64,000 nt of DNA from Octopus vulgaris (taxonomy: Eukaryota), in the NCBI GenBank assembly GCA_951406725.2, contig OX597816.1:119660001-119724000 (forward strand), written 5' to 3'. Each line of letters starts with the position of its first letter. Within the stretch, counting starts at the first letter, position 1. Of this stretch, positions 41,055-55,177 are shown one piece after another. Position numbers and translations under genes: made by a program. The notes below the pieces were generated by a model. That model made no database searches, had not been told where the DNA came from, and was given only the letters and a program-made list of their open reading frames with translations.

Positions 41055-41589
41055 CCGCTCTTTCTCTCTTTCTCTCTCTTTCTCTCTCTCACACACGCGC
41101 GCGCATACGTACTCACACACACACACACACACATATTGCAGGTTCGATTGCACCGCGAGGCATCTTTTGCAAATGATATTTTCTGCATCTTCCTCTCGGC
41201 CCATTTTCTGCAACCTCCGCTCGGCCCCTACCTTGGCCCCCTACTTTATGAAATCTTGATGGGTACGTTATACCTATAATTCAAAAGGGACAGCCTTGTT
41301 ATACATTGCGTCGTACTGACTCCACCTAAGAGTTACGTTAACGGAACACATATCAGTGGAATACCCAGCCACTTGTACATTAAATCAGGAGCAGATAATT
41401 CAGTTGGTCGAACGAGTGCATCCCCATAGTCAATCAACGGAGATCTACCAAATACATATGTATATGTGTGAGCATGTCCTTGAGTTTATGTGTTTATGTA
41501 TGAGTATATGTGCGCGCGTGTGTGTGTGCTTGTATATGTGTGTGTCTTGTATTATTGTGTGTATGTCTATGTGATTGGGGGATGTATGT

Positions 41590-42005
41590 ATGCCTGTATG
41601 TTTATATATATGTACGTTGTCTATCTTTTATAATTTCAAGTCTTCCTGCAAGACTGTATCTGGTTCCTAACAAAGATACAAAGCTCTATTGTCCGAATGT
41701 AGATAACGAAAACATTCAGTTTTTGAACTTGAGAAAAGTTTTGCATATTTTTACTATTCTGCTTACAGTATGTATTTGTAATGTCCGTGTAAGCTGATTG
41801 GTTTCCTTTTCTGAAAACCCTAGCTTTTCCAAATTGTCATTTAAGTATTTACTCACAAAACCAAATTTACCAATTATTATTGGTTTAAGTGTGAATATAT
41901 AATCTGGATATAGAAACTGAAGGATTTGTAGCAGTTGTCTGCAGTTATCCTCTTTCTCCTTGAATTTTGAAGAGCTATTCACATCAGCAGAGCAGCTGAC
42001 TTCTA
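41590..42005 (-). mobile_element. R4/Dong-like REL-LINE 3' end
   Basis: KEKEDNCRQLLQILQFLYPDYIFTLKPIIIGKFGFV..LEKLGFS..IVKICKTFLKF. Confidence 0.8.
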
Positions 42006-42019
42006 AGTATGTATGTATG

Positions 42020-42272
42020 TCATTATTCAGTTTTATTCAAGATTTCTAACCTATATCCAAGGATCTTTCATTGGAATTTCAACAACATCAAAAGGGTATT
42101 TTTGTATGTATGTACATGTGCAGATTTCTATGTTTTGTTTTGTGTGTGTATGTATGTATATCATTATTCAGTTTTATTTCAAGATTTCTTGTCAGTAGAG
42201 AAAGAGCCGGTTTCTAACCTAGATCCAAGGCCCCTTCATTGGAATTTTAACATCAACAACAGGGTATTTTTG
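42020..42272 (-). mobile_element. Two tandem short non-coding retroelement 3'-end units bounded by (TATG)n
   Basis: 42020-42103 and 42160-42272 are mutual copies and match 54861-54970 in reverse. Confidence 0.7.
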
Positions 42273-42280
42273 TTTGTATG

Positions 42281-42314
<34 letters not shown>

Positions 42315-42384
42315 TGTATGTATGTATGTATGTATGTATGTATACACGCATGCATGCATATATGTATGTATGTATGTATGTATG

Positions 42385-42418
<34 letters not shown>

Positions 42419-42499
42419 TGTATGTATGTATGTATGTATGTATGTATGTATGTATGTATGTATATATGTATATATGTATGTATTACTGACTTCTGGGCA

Positions 42500-43030
42500 C
42501 ACGATATTTCGTTATGCAGCCATAATATGTTTTTATAAATTAATACTGTGTTTATAAATCTATACTTTCAAAATCAGCGCTGGTTATAATTTCAATAGAT
42601 AATCTGTAGAGATGACCTTAACACGTCTGTCTGTATGTATACATGTGTTTTCTTTTTCTCTTTAATCTAGATTTAATTTTGATCGGCCACCTGACTGAAA
42701 ACAAGGTTTTGAAGGTAAGCATCTTATTTTGTTCATTGTACTTAAAACCTTAGGAAGCTCTTGCAGCTTTTATATCTAGATATTGTGCCGTATGTAGTGT
42801 ATTGTCAAGGAGTTGCATTCTCTCCTTAAGAACACAAGTTCAACCATGCTTTGCTCCAGACGGGTTGATAGTATTCTGTTGCTACAATAATAAGTATAAA
42901 CTGGAGTTATTTTGGAGTACATTATCTGCAAACTCTTTATCAATGGTCCACAGACGTTTTCCTTCTCTTGTATTTTTCTGACCACATTGATGTCCAAAGG
43001 ATAGCTGACTTCCACAACAGAGCTTATAGC
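42500..43030 (-). mobile_element. Second R4/Dong-like REL-LINE 3' fragment
   Basis: VVEVSYPLDINVVRKIQEKENVCGPLIKSLQIMY, homologous to the ORF at 41716-42005. Confidence 0.7.
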
Positions 43031-43182
43031 AAATAAGGATATCAAGGTATTAGTGCATTATGGCCGTTTCAGGCGACTCTATTTAATCGAACAATGCAAG
43101 CATTACATCAATTTGAAGTACACCGAGGAAGGCGGTGTATATATGTGTATGTGTGTGTGTGTGTATACATACATACATACAT

Positions 43183-43335
43183 AGGGAGAATTCACAAAAA
43201 AACAAAAGACGAAGACGGGTGGTGTAGACAACAAACAGATGTATTAGTCTAACGCTCGGGAAGTGAAAAAGTTCAACAGAAAGGAACACAGAAAGAAACA
43301 GGGAGAAAATAAAGAATGTGCAGTGGCTAGCGATC
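43183..43335 (-). mobile_element. Penelope-like terminus related to 47560-47811, lacking the hammerhead core
   Basis: Colinear with 47650-47811 apart from an approximately 25-nt gap. Confidence 0.65.
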
Positions 43336-43382
<47 letters not shown>

Positions 43383-43384
43383 TA

Positions 43385-44620
43385 TATATATCATCATCCA
43401 TTGATCAGCCTATGGTTGGTTGGAACTCCATTGACAATCCCTTTCCACACTACATGGTCCTGCATTGTTGTGTTTAGATCTCTAATATCCAGCTCTGAGT
43501 CCTGAGATATAGTATCTGGAAATGTCAGTTTCCTGGAGAAAACTCTTCCAGAGGGATGCCATAGGAGCAGGGATGAGATAACCTCTTTCTCTCCTCGATG
43601 ACAGTGGCCAGCAAATTGTAGCCGTTTTTGCTTTAGCTTGAGGGATATTGGTATCAGATTTACGCAGATGTTACTAAGTGTGTAAATCCAACTAATGTTC
43701 TGTATCTTTCTGAGCAGGTTGGTACATGTTCCATCTAGTTGCTTTTTCTAAGAGAGCCGATAAGGTCCAGGTCTTTTATCCATAGAGAAGAACCGGCTCA
43801 ATCATGTTCTATATAATTTTATCTTTTAACATGGGTGGAAGGTTTGAGCGCCAGATCTTCTCAAGTCTGGTACATGCATCTCAAGCAAGAGCTTTGCAGA
43901 TGCGAAAGTCCTTTTGGGAGTCTACTATGTGTGATCCAAGATATTTGAAGTTGTCAACGTTTTTGATTATATATTATTGAGCGATTTAAGTTAGGCTAAC
44001 TTGGAGGAGGTCGTGATAAACTCTGTCTTACTCTCGTTGCAGAAAAGGCCAACCTGGTTCGCTGCTTTCTCCAGTGATGAAGTCAAGATCAGTTAGATAT
44101 TGTGCACAATGCTCACTGCTCTGGCGGGGTTCCAAAAAGAGTCCCCTTTTTCTCCACACCGTCTAGGGAAATGCGTAGAATATAGTTAAGAACAATAACG
44201 AACAAGAAAGAAGCGAGTGTGACACCCTGCAGAACACCTGCTTCAACTTCAAAGAGATCAGTCTCTTTGAAGTTTTATCTCCATCAGGAGGTAAAACTGT
44301 GGCAATGGAGTTTGTGTACAACAATCTGATAGTATCAGTAATCCTGGGAGGAACACCATAGAGTTCAAGGATTTTAAACATAAGGTCTCTGCTGATGTAA
44401 AGGCTTTGCGAAAGCCGACAAAACAGATGGTGATGCTTTTGTTAAACTTTTTCATTTTTTCCAGTATGCGCCGGTTGGAGAGGATTTGAGCAGTTGTTGA
44501 CCGGCCGCTTCTAAATCCATTCTGATTTTTACGAAGAAGTGGATCGAGCATAGGTACAATCCTATTAAACAGAAGTTTTGTTATAAAATTTTGCTGCAAT
44601 TGAGATCGGAGTAAGCCCTT
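43385..44620 (-). mobile_element. RTE-group LINE, RT domain to 3' end, degraded
   Basis: LRKNQNGFRSGRSTTAQI, CFVGFRKAF, MFKILELYGVP, AGVLQG, FKYLGS, RLQFAGHC; (TGA)n tail. Confidence 0.92.
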
Positions 44621-44623
44621 TTG

Positions 44624-44673
<50 letters not shown>

Positions 44674-44824
44674 TAGTAGAAAAATACAACATGGACAAGA
44701 ACGTATAACTCCTAGAAGACGATACAATAAACACGGACAGGACATTCGAAACCCTCAGTCTTCAGTCAAGAACCGGATCATCGTAGTAATTTCGGCTGAT
44801 TATATATATATATATATATATATA

Positions 44825-45139
<315 letters not shown>

Positions 45140-45221
45140 CATACATACATACATACATTCATATATACATAATATATAGTGGGAAAGCGTATGTACGTAC
45201 ATATACATTTATATATATATA

Positions 45222-45284
45222 ACTTTGATAGGTTTCGGCCAGTATAGGCCTAGGTCATGTCTAACTTAATAGCACTACCTGGTG
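45222..45284 (-). mobile_element. Tiny 3' end of the CR1 family seen at 19203-19934
   Basis: Reverse complement CACCAGGTAGTGCTATTAAGTTAGACATG..GGCCGAAACCTATCAAAG matches 19856-19917. Confidence 0.8.
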
Positions 45285-45291
45285 CTATATC

Positions 45292-45323
<32 letters not shown>

Positions 45324-45450
45324 GCAAATGAAAGACGGAAGATGGAATGTGAGAGTGACCGTGCTTTACCAGTAAGCTACCAGGTATAAATCATTCGATT
45401 TATTATCCAATATATATATGTATATATGCATATGCATATGTGTATGTATG

Positions 45451-45503
<53 letters not shown>

Positions 45504-45755
45504 AGACATACTCATATGCATACATATATACATGTAAATATGTATACACACACACACATACACACACATTTCATTTGAGAGTTCCACAAATAAAGCATTT
45601 TTATCCAACAATGCAGTATTGAAAACTCACACTCACTGTTCGATATAAGTGTGTGTGTGTGTGTACATGTACGTGTGTGTGTCTTTGTGTGGCGGGGGTG
45701 TTTCTTTATGTATGTATATGTATATGTATATATATGTGTGTGTATGTGTGTGTGC

Positions 45756-45791
<36 letters not shown>

Positions 45792-45849
45792 ATGTATGTA
45801 TATGTGCTTATGTGTGTGCGTGTGTCTGTGTGTGTGTCTAAGTGTATAT

Positions 45850-46045
45850 ATATAGCGGTGGTGGACCTCTGTCGTTCGATGATAGTATTCAGTTGTACGA
45901 CCAGCTGCATAAGCCGGTCCCTAACTAACACGCAAGCGGCTGAGTATTCCATAGACAGGTGAACACTTAACATATTTCTCAGACAAAGTCAGCGTAACAT
46001 AGTGTCTGAGAAGGCTGAACCGTTTGAATTACATGTACAATTCAT
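45850..46045 (-). mobile_element. SINE family C 3' tail, diverged
   Basis: GGCTGAGTATTCCATAGACA..CAGCGTAACATAG..AAGGCTG resembles the tails at 20618 and 53612. Confidence 0.6.
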
Positions 46046-46299
46046 TCACCTGACAGGCTTCTATACAGTCTCCACCTACCTAACTTCACTCACGAGATTT
46101 AGATCGCCCCGATGCTATAGAATATAAAATTTATTTTAGATACTGAACACTGGAATCGAACTTGGGATCTCATAACATCGAAGGGAACAACTACATCTAT
46201 GTGTATGTGTGTATCTGTAAGTATATACATGTATGAGCGTGTGAATGTATATGTGTGTGTCTGTGTTTGTCTGTGTGTGTGTGTCTGTGTGTATGTATG

Positions 46300-46382
<83 letters not shown>

Positions 46383-46463
46383 CTAGATCGATAAACAGAC
46401 AGACAGACAGGCGATAGTTAGATTTACATATATCTACATATATAGCTATGCATACATATATAA

Positions 46464-46507
<44 letters not shown>

Positions 46508-46704
46508 ATGTATCTATATACATATATAAACAAATACATGTATACAAGCAAACATAAAAACATATGTGGTGGGGAAAGGCCGCATGCGCGTGTGGATGTT
46601 ATACCAATAGGTAATCCGATTCTGCATTAGTCGACCAAGATGAAGATATGTTGAAAAAGATTTATTTTTAAAAAGTCAGCTACACCGACAGCAGATACGC
46701 TCGT

Positions 46705-46803
<99 letters not shown>

Positions 46804-46907
46804 CATGCATACACGTACACACATGCACACACATATACATTGATATTCATGTATGTATATGTGTATATGTATATAATATGTGTGTATGTATATTTTTCAT
46901 TCTTTTT

Positions 46908-47290
46908 TTTTATTTCAGTCGTTTAACTGTGGCCGTACTGGAGCACCGCCTTAAAGGATGTTAGTCGAAGAAATCGACCCCAGAACTTACTCTTTGAAAG
47001 CCTAATACTTATTCTATCGTTCCCTTTTGCCGAACCGCTAAGTTACGGAGACATAGACACACCAGCATCGGTTGTCAAGCGATGGCGGAGAGAACAAACA
47101 CAGACACACACACAAATATATACACATATCTTTATACGAAGGGCTTCTTCCAGTTTCCGTCTACCAAATCCACTCACAAGGCTTCCGTTGGCCCAAGGCT
47201 AAAGTAGAAGACACTTGCCCAAGGTGCTACACAGTGAGACTGAACCCGGAACTATGTGGTTGGAAAGCAAGCTTCTTACCACACAGCCAT
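46908..47290 (-). mobile_element. SINE family B
   Basis: Head and 3' module present. Confidence 0.85.
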
Positions 47291-47308
47291 GATGCATACG
47301 TATATACA

Positions 47309-47390
<82 letters not shown>

Positions 47391-47431
47391 TGTATGTATG
47401 TATGTATGTATGTATGCATGTATATGTATAT

Positions 47432-47514
<83 letters not shown>

Positions 47515-47677
47515 CCTTCTGACTGCACCTCTCCTTCACGGATCAAAGTGACTTTGTTATTGATGTGAAATCCTTAAAATATACCACGACGTCTATACAT
47601 TTTTGACATTGAACTTTCAACCTTGAACTTGTTCGTATAAACTCTCCTTGTTTCTCTCCTTGTTTCCTTTCTGTGTA

Positions 47678-47715
47678 TCTTTCTGTCGAAGAGCGTAGGC
47701 TCGAAACGTAAAAGA
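47678..47715 (+). ncRNA. Minimal hammerhead motif (core variant) in a Penelope-like terminus
   Basis: tcttt-ctg-TCGAAGA-gcgtaggctc-GAAAC-GTA-aaaga; stem III is reduced to the palindrome ACGT. Confidence 0.5.
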
Positions 47716-49261
47716 CTTGTTTTATTTCTATTCCTGAGCGCCATACTAATACATTGTTTGCTTGTACTCCACCTGTCTTCGTCTTTTGTTTATTTTCGTA
47801 AACCTTCCCGTTATATATATATATACATTGTTACATAGATATACACACAGGCACACACATATTAGTGTATGTGTATTTAGTATATATATTTATATTTCTA
47901 ATTTTATATATAAAACCACATACATACATACATATATGTCCTAATCGCTTCACTCAGTTATATTCTTTAAATTTTAAGAATGTCATGTTAGTGCCTCGTC
48001 CAAATGACAGTAACATTTTACATGGACTTATATTAGCTTCGTGCTTATCCTCATACTGTTACGTTAGTTAATATCCATCACTTCAATAAGAAGTATACTA
48101 TATGCCACTGTTTATATACACTATTACAATAACCAGTAGTTGCTGCTGCCGATGTAACTAACATTAAATTTAACTAAGATTTCATGCATCTGTAACGACA
48201 CTTTCGTCGCACACTTCATCCTGCACGCTGCACACTCTATGCTGTTACACGGACTAATGGTTGCAAAAAGTTATATGCAACATTTACATTGAGTGTAACA
48301 ATTCTTTCATGGCAGCCTTTGTAGGTTTAAACTGCTGGCGTGTTAAATAAAACTAATGTCAGCCTAATAAGTCTGAATTAATAATGACCTTTCAGCAGTA
48401 TAAATAGAACAGCATGGAAATATGTTTGCGCGCGCCTTTTTTTGAGAATTGTCAAAGCTTCTGGAAAAAGAGAAGAACGAATCTCAGATAATAGCTCGCT
48501 TTAAAAATATGAGGTCTACGTTTTGCACGACAGATGTTTTGCATGAGTCGCTCATTAGGTTTGCTCCATATATCTTAAAAACATTTCACATTTAACATCA
48601 ACACATAATGCCAACGAACGGTTTCAAAATTGACTCGTACGTAGACCGACGTCTCAGGAAATTTGTTCCAACGCTGTTTTCTCGTTCGTTTCGGTGTTTC
48701 GGTTTGTTGTTGTATTTATATATTTATATATTTATTTAATAAGAAGATATAGTAAAATAAAAATGACAATAAAATTTATTCGGGCGAAGAAAGAAAATAA
48801 TTAGAATCACATAAAATCTATATAAGAAAAAACAAAACATGGTGAAAATAAAATGTATAAAAAGATGCTGGAAAAAGAATGATGGGACTGTTGCTGAAAG
48901 TATATAGAAAATTTAGTCACTTAATTTAAAAGAATGTAAATTAAAATTGCTAATAAATAGTCACAATATGGAGGGAATCTTGGGGCCTTTGGTGACTATG
49001 ACTTTTTCTTGTCAAACAAAAATTGCAGATCATTTCAGGTCAAGGAAATTCATACGTATGAATAAAGAATTAATTCATTTTACTTGGGCACAAAGCACTC
49101 GATTTGTAAAGGAAGGGGAGACTATAATCAACTTCTATATATACTGCTGCTCAGTTTTTAATTTACCGGAAGTAAGAATGGGGAAGTTGATTTTGGAAGG
49201 ATTTGAACTCAGAATGAGGAAAAGCAGCAACAATCCGGATACTTAATGATCAGACTGCGTA

Positions 49262-49398
49262 TATACGACGGGTTTCTTTTAGTTTCCTTCTACTAAATCC
49301 ACTCACAAGGCTTTGGTCGGCCCGTGGCTATAGTAGAAGACACCCAAGGTGCCACACAGAGGAACTTGTAGTTAGGAAGCAAGCTTCTTACCACACAT
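49262..49398 (-). mobile_element. SINE family B head, internally deleted
   Basis: AAATCCACTCACAAGGCTTTGGTCGGCCC..GCAAGCTTCTTACCACAC. Confidence 0.8.
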
Positions 49399-49466
49399 CC
49401 AGGTGTAATTAATTTATTAAAATGTATAAGAAAACAAAGTGAAGGTGCGGGAAATATCACACACAA

Positions 49467-49509
<43 letters not shown>

Positions 49510-49511
49510 CA

Positions 49512-49546
<35 letters not shown>

Positions 49547-49547
49547 G

Positions 49548-49599
<52 letters not shown>

Positions 49600-50782
49600 C
49601 ACACACACGCGCGCGCGCACACACACACACTCACACACGCACATATTTTTCACGCAAAACCCTATATAATCATAATCTACACCATCTGAAATGTAGTTGT
49701 AGAAAATTTCATTGAAAAATATGAAGTTATGAGGAGACAAAATCGGTGAAAGGAGGAACCGTCTGTAGTTATTCCCTATAGACTTACGTAAACTAAAGTC
49801 AGTTTTTATTCATTCGGCTTTTTATTTCTTCCACAATATACTACAAATATGAAAGGCTACAAAAATCAACATAATTTGAATAGCGCTTGGTTAAACTTAT
49901 AATTTGTAAAAAGTAGCGTTGCAAATATTTGGGCAACCTTTATATATCCAAAAGTGTAAACAGAGACTAAAAATTGCTATATCGCAGTGAATTAAAGTCT
50001 CGCAGCGAATAAAAACTAGTTTTCTGATTGAAGCGCGTACTTGGAATCTTCAATTAGAAAAGTATTTGAAAACCGCATTTTGGTAAAAGAAAAATAATAA
50101 CATTGGAAATTATAAGTATTTTCTAGACAGTCTAGATTTTAATAATTGCCCTTTTTTAGTAAATATTACATGCTCCAAATTAATTAATAAGCAGGTTTTT
50201 TTATTATAGTACAGACTGTGATCTGAGGAAGATTTGGTTGCTATTTATCTAGCTGGTGGAGCGAGCACGTAAAGTCTCCCCACCCTGTTGGCTCGTAGAG
50301 CAGTAGTTTTTTCAAATAGCTTTTGCATGCAAAGGAACAAGTCCAAGCAACACTCTTTCATTTACTTGTCGAAACCTAATCGCTCAATTTTGTAATAATG
50401 TGGTAGTCGTGGCATTGGTGGTGGTAGCGGCGGCAGCGGTGGCGACTATGGTGGTGGGGGTTAGACTTGCTGATGGCGGCGAATATAGTGGTGACGATGG
50501 CGGTGTCAGTGGTGGTGGTGGTGGTGGTGGCCGTCGTCGTCATGATATAAACACGCGCACCCACGTTTTCATCCATTCTCTTTTGTCCTTCAGCTACGTT
50601 GTGAAAGGCAACAACGCTGACAGCTCAGCACGAGTCCAGCTATTAGCAAACAACACAACACAATGACATGAACACTGAAATGTTTACACACCTTAGTCCG
50701 TTATGAAACATTTATAATAAATTATAATACAATGCAAATAGGTAATTTATTGGCAATTTGTATAAATGCATATATATATATG

Positions 50783-50828
<46 letters not shown>

Positions 50829-50838
50829 AATATACGTA

Positions 50839-50939
<101 letters not shown>

Positions 50940-51043
50940 CTTTGTGTATATGTAAGTGTGTGTGTGTGTGTGTGCATTAATACATATGCATATATACATA
51001 CGTACACATATATATAAGTATGTATGTATGCTTCCATATATAG

Positions 51044-51251
51044 ATTTCTTTATTGCCCACAGGGGGCTAAACACAGAGGGGGTAAACAAAGGGATTAAGT
51101 CGATTACATCAACCCCAGTGCGTAACTGGTACTTATTTAATCGACCCCGAAAGGATGAAAGGCTAAGTCGACCTCGGCAGAACGTAACGGCAGACGAAAT
51201 ACTGCTAAGCATTTCGCCCGACGGTCTAACGATTCTGCCAGCTTGCCGCCT
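51044..51251 (-). mobile_element. SINE family A
   Basis: Closely matches 8922-9153. Confidence 0.88.
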
Positions 51252-51649
51252 TTATAGATATAGATACATACAAACATACCGTGAGCGTGTTGTAGTTTTA
51301 AAAAAAAACGATTTTGTTCTAATGTTTCACAGGAGTTTCTTTCAGTTTCTTGAAAAAGTGGAACTGTTAGATCCATCATCAACATTTCTAGACTTTCAGT
51401 GACTTACTTTCAGGAAGAATGATGTTTGCTTGTCTTGCTGCCTCTTTATAGAAACTTTATACTGAAGGCAGTACAAACAAAACTCCTGGAAATACAATGA
51501 TTCCATTTCTATATATTATTCAGAGACAAAGTAGCAGATGTGCCACGTCCATTTACAAGAGACAAACGTATATATTATATGAAAGCCGCGAATGTTCACA
51601 GAATTAGAAAATATTAGTTATAAAATCTCTACTCAGATCCTTCTTTAAA

Positions 51650-52221
51650 AACAAGGTAGTGCCTTATATAAGTTAAACGTAGTATATAAGCGGAGGTAGA
51701 TTTTTCAGACGAAAAAGAAATGTTAAAGTCTTTATTCATGGTATAAGTCGATTATCTTTCTCCTGAATAACCATTGCAAGTTTTTTTGATCGGATTTCGG
51801 TTACGGGTTTTTATTGAGAAATCGGGACATCTTCGGATCACCAGAGTTTGCACAGGGAACAGAGAGGAATGGAAGATTTCGCAACAGAATGAAAAAAAAA
51901 TACAATATAAAAAAAAATAACTTTCCATTAAAAATAATGTTTAATTATCTCAAATTTAATTTTTAATATTTGCCTATATTTAGATTATAATCGCGCATCA
52001 ATATCAACACAAGTACAAAGTACAAAGAAAATTAACAGGTTACTAAAATTTTTGTTTTATGCAGGTCGTAGCGAACCTGAAGTGCAGCCGTTCAAACATC
52101 GTCACTATCTTTCCAAATCCTGCTGTATTTCACATAGAATTTTTGGTCTTCCAAAGGCGTCTTGGTGAAGTATAAGTCTACCTCCCTTTTTTTATTGTAA
52201 ATTTTAGTCTGAAAATACGGT
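51650..52221. mobile_element. Partial Tc2/pogo-like MITE
   Basis: Right end AAAATACGGTA resembles the CCGTA-type TIR at 9272; internal GGAGGTAGA / TCTACCTCC inverted motif; left TIR not seen. Confidence 0.4.
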
Positions 52222-52713
52222 AGATAAAGAAATCAATATATTAAATCAAACACTGACCAGCAATGAATATTCTAAGAAACAAACTAAGCCATAGAACAAG
52301 ACAACATAAATACATCACAATAAATACATTAGACAATGTATCTATTGGACTTTCATTACGCAAGCCCCACGTAAAATGGTTTGTATATATCAAATGCAAG
52401 TCAACCACAGAAAAATGAACACATTTTCGAAAAAAAGGCCAAGTGGGCCTGTACATAGTTATTCTACTTGCTACAAATAATAGCCACATCTCTCTTTCAA
52501 ATCACACCCTGACTTCTTAGAAAAGGATATGTTAGGTTATGTGATTTTAAGTTCCGTGGACAGTGGAAAAAGAAGAGCTGTACAAGGTTGTAATGTCTTT
52601 CATTATAGGTCTGCTTCATTGGAGCTAACTAGGGACTAAACAACAATAACAACATTATGAAAGACGAATTAAAATATAGGTCTCGATACACATGCAGCTA
52701 CATACACACACAA

Positions 52714-52749
<36 letters not shown>

Positions 52750-53611
52750 ACGTGTTTGTGTGTAAATGGGCCTCCTTTACTTTCGACGATGAATATTCAG
52801 TTATTCCTCAATGGAGTTACCTATTCGCTTAATAAGCGCGTAAGGGGCTCAGGTATCCCACATACATGTTTACACTAAACATGATTTTTAGTCGCAATCA
52901 CCATGATACAGTGTTTGACAAGGCTGGTCCTTTAAATTACAGATACAACCAACCGATGGACTACCACACACTTTCCATCAACCCAAATACTTAGTCACAT
53001 GCATCATAACTCAACGAGTAGAACATCATTCCGTTGAACAAAGAATTGAACAGAGAAAGTGTGTGTATGTGTGTGTGTGCGCGCGTGCGTGAGTGTGTGT
53101 ACTCGCGTACTAAACTGAGGTTATTTTATTAAAGCAAGTTTAGGAATGACATCAGAACATCTATTGGTGAGAGTCAAATTTGCTTGAAAGTTAAGTAACG
53201 CCTGGCGGCTTATTTAATCGTCACGCAAAATTTGAATCCCCACTCAACACGAATTTTAATCAGAGGAAGAGAGAGGGAGATAGGGGGAAGAGATGGACGG
53301 AGAGGGGAGAGAGGGAGAGAGATAGAGGAAGGAAGAGAGGGAGAGATAGACATACATACATACATTTCTTATAATATTGCGTCTGATGTTTAAGATAATG
53401 TGGTACCTACAATCCGTGTTCAGGTTGCACTCCTACCTAAACTCCAACTTGAGCTGCAACTTAATGATGAAGAACTGTTGTAGCTTCCCAAATGAGCATT
53501 AGTTATAGGCAGTGTTACAATCGAACTGGTACATATATAACAGAATAAAAGTACACACAGGCGAACAACTGGTATCAGGTCAGATTATGACATATATATA
53601 TAATATATATG

Positions 53612-53993
53612 GTTGGCACTCTCCGTCGGTTACGACGACGAGGGTTCCAGTTGATCTAATCAACGGAACAGCCTGCTCGTGAAATTAACGTGCAAGTGGC
53701 TGAGCACTCCACAGACACGTGTGCCCTTAACGTAGTTCTCGGGGAGATTCAGCGTGACACAGAGTGTGACAAGGCTGGCCCTTTGAAATAAAGGTACAAC
53801 AGAAACAGGAAGAAAGAGTGAGAGAAAATTGTGGTGAGAGAGTACAACAGGGTTCACCCCTACCCCCTGCCGGAGCCTCGTGGAGCTTTAGGCGTTATCG
53901 CTCAATAAATACTCACAACGTCCGGTTTGGGAATCGAAACCGCGATCCTACGACCGCGAGACCGCTGCCCTAACCACTGGGCCATTGCGCCTC
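53612..53993 (-). mobile_element. tRNA-derived SINE sharing the family C tail but with a different head
   Basis: Reverse complement head GGCGCAATGGCCCAGTGGTTAGGGC..GTTTCGATTCCC; 53612-53790 matches 20618-20770. Confidence 0.85.
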
Positions 53994-54028
53994 ACATAAT
54001 ATATATACATACATACATACATTTGTGT

Positions 54029-54108
<80 letters not shown>

Positions 54109-54739
54109 TTGAGTGTGTGGGGATGTCTGTGTATACGTATATACATTGATACAACTTGAGGATAGAAATGAATGTGGTGATTGCCTAATCTACTTAGATG
54201 ATAGCCGTCTCACATTCAACGTGATTATTCTGGTTAACGTTCATCCTTGCATGTACGCGGATATGACTTTACACGAAATGATAGCGAGACATCCGTACAC
54301 CATTGGAATTAAGTGACAAATGCTTGTACAGCACTTTTGTTACCCTCTCGGTCGCCATTGCGGGGTCCAAGGACAAGCATTGCAAGATCAATGATACTAT
54401 TTTGACTGCAAGTTTTATGCCAGAGTATCTTTCTCCTCTAAGAGTTACCCTCCCCAAAGCTTTATCAAAAATAACCGGAGCCTTCTCTGCCCCTGGTGAA
54501 TTCATTTAACGCAGAAGTAGGACATTGACGAGTCAGAACGGATCTGGGAGTCATGGTAATTAAAGAGTGACGCTATGCTCTCCACAGCTCTAGGACTTCC
54601 TAACTGGAGCCTCGTCACCGGATGCAGTTTAATGTCATAACTAGATAACCAAGAGAAATGGATGTACACAAGTGCATAAATACGTGCATACATACATACA
54701 TACATACATACATACATACATACATACATACATACATAC

Positions 54740-54792
<53 letters not shown>

Positions 54793-54816
54793 ACGGCGTA
54801 CGTACACTTTGGTCTC

Positions 54817-54847
<31 letters not shown>

Positions 54848-54860
54848 CATACATACATAC

Positions 54861-54970
54861 AAAAATACCCTGTTGTTGATGTTGAAATTCCAATGAAGGA
54901 GCCTTGGATATAGGTTAGAAACCGGTTCTTTCCCTATTGGCAAGAGATCTTGAAATAAACTGAATAACGA
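54861..54970 (+). mobile_element. Short retroelement 3'-end unit embedded in (CATA)n
   Basis: Reverse-complement match to 42160-42272. Confidence 0.75.
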
Positions 54971-55120
54971 CATACATACAAACGTACGTACACATACATA
55001 TACATACATACATAATGCATACATACATACATACATACATACATACATACATACATACATACATACATACATAGAAGCATACATACATAAACAGACACAC
55101 ACACACACACACGCTCACAC

Positions 55121-55177
<57 letters not shown>

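Noticed and set aside
44670-44800. TA-flanked repeat with CTGAAGA on the minus strand
   Set aside because: Followed by GAAT rather than GAAA with no convincing stems, so not counted as a hammerhead.
49680-49942. Possible mariner TIR (CAAATATTTGGGCAACCT)
   Set aside because: No matching second TIR or transposase motif identified.
53920-53993. tRNA-like sequence with A and B boxes
   Set aside because: No complete acceptor stem and it continues into a SINE body; it is a SINE head, not a tRNA gene.
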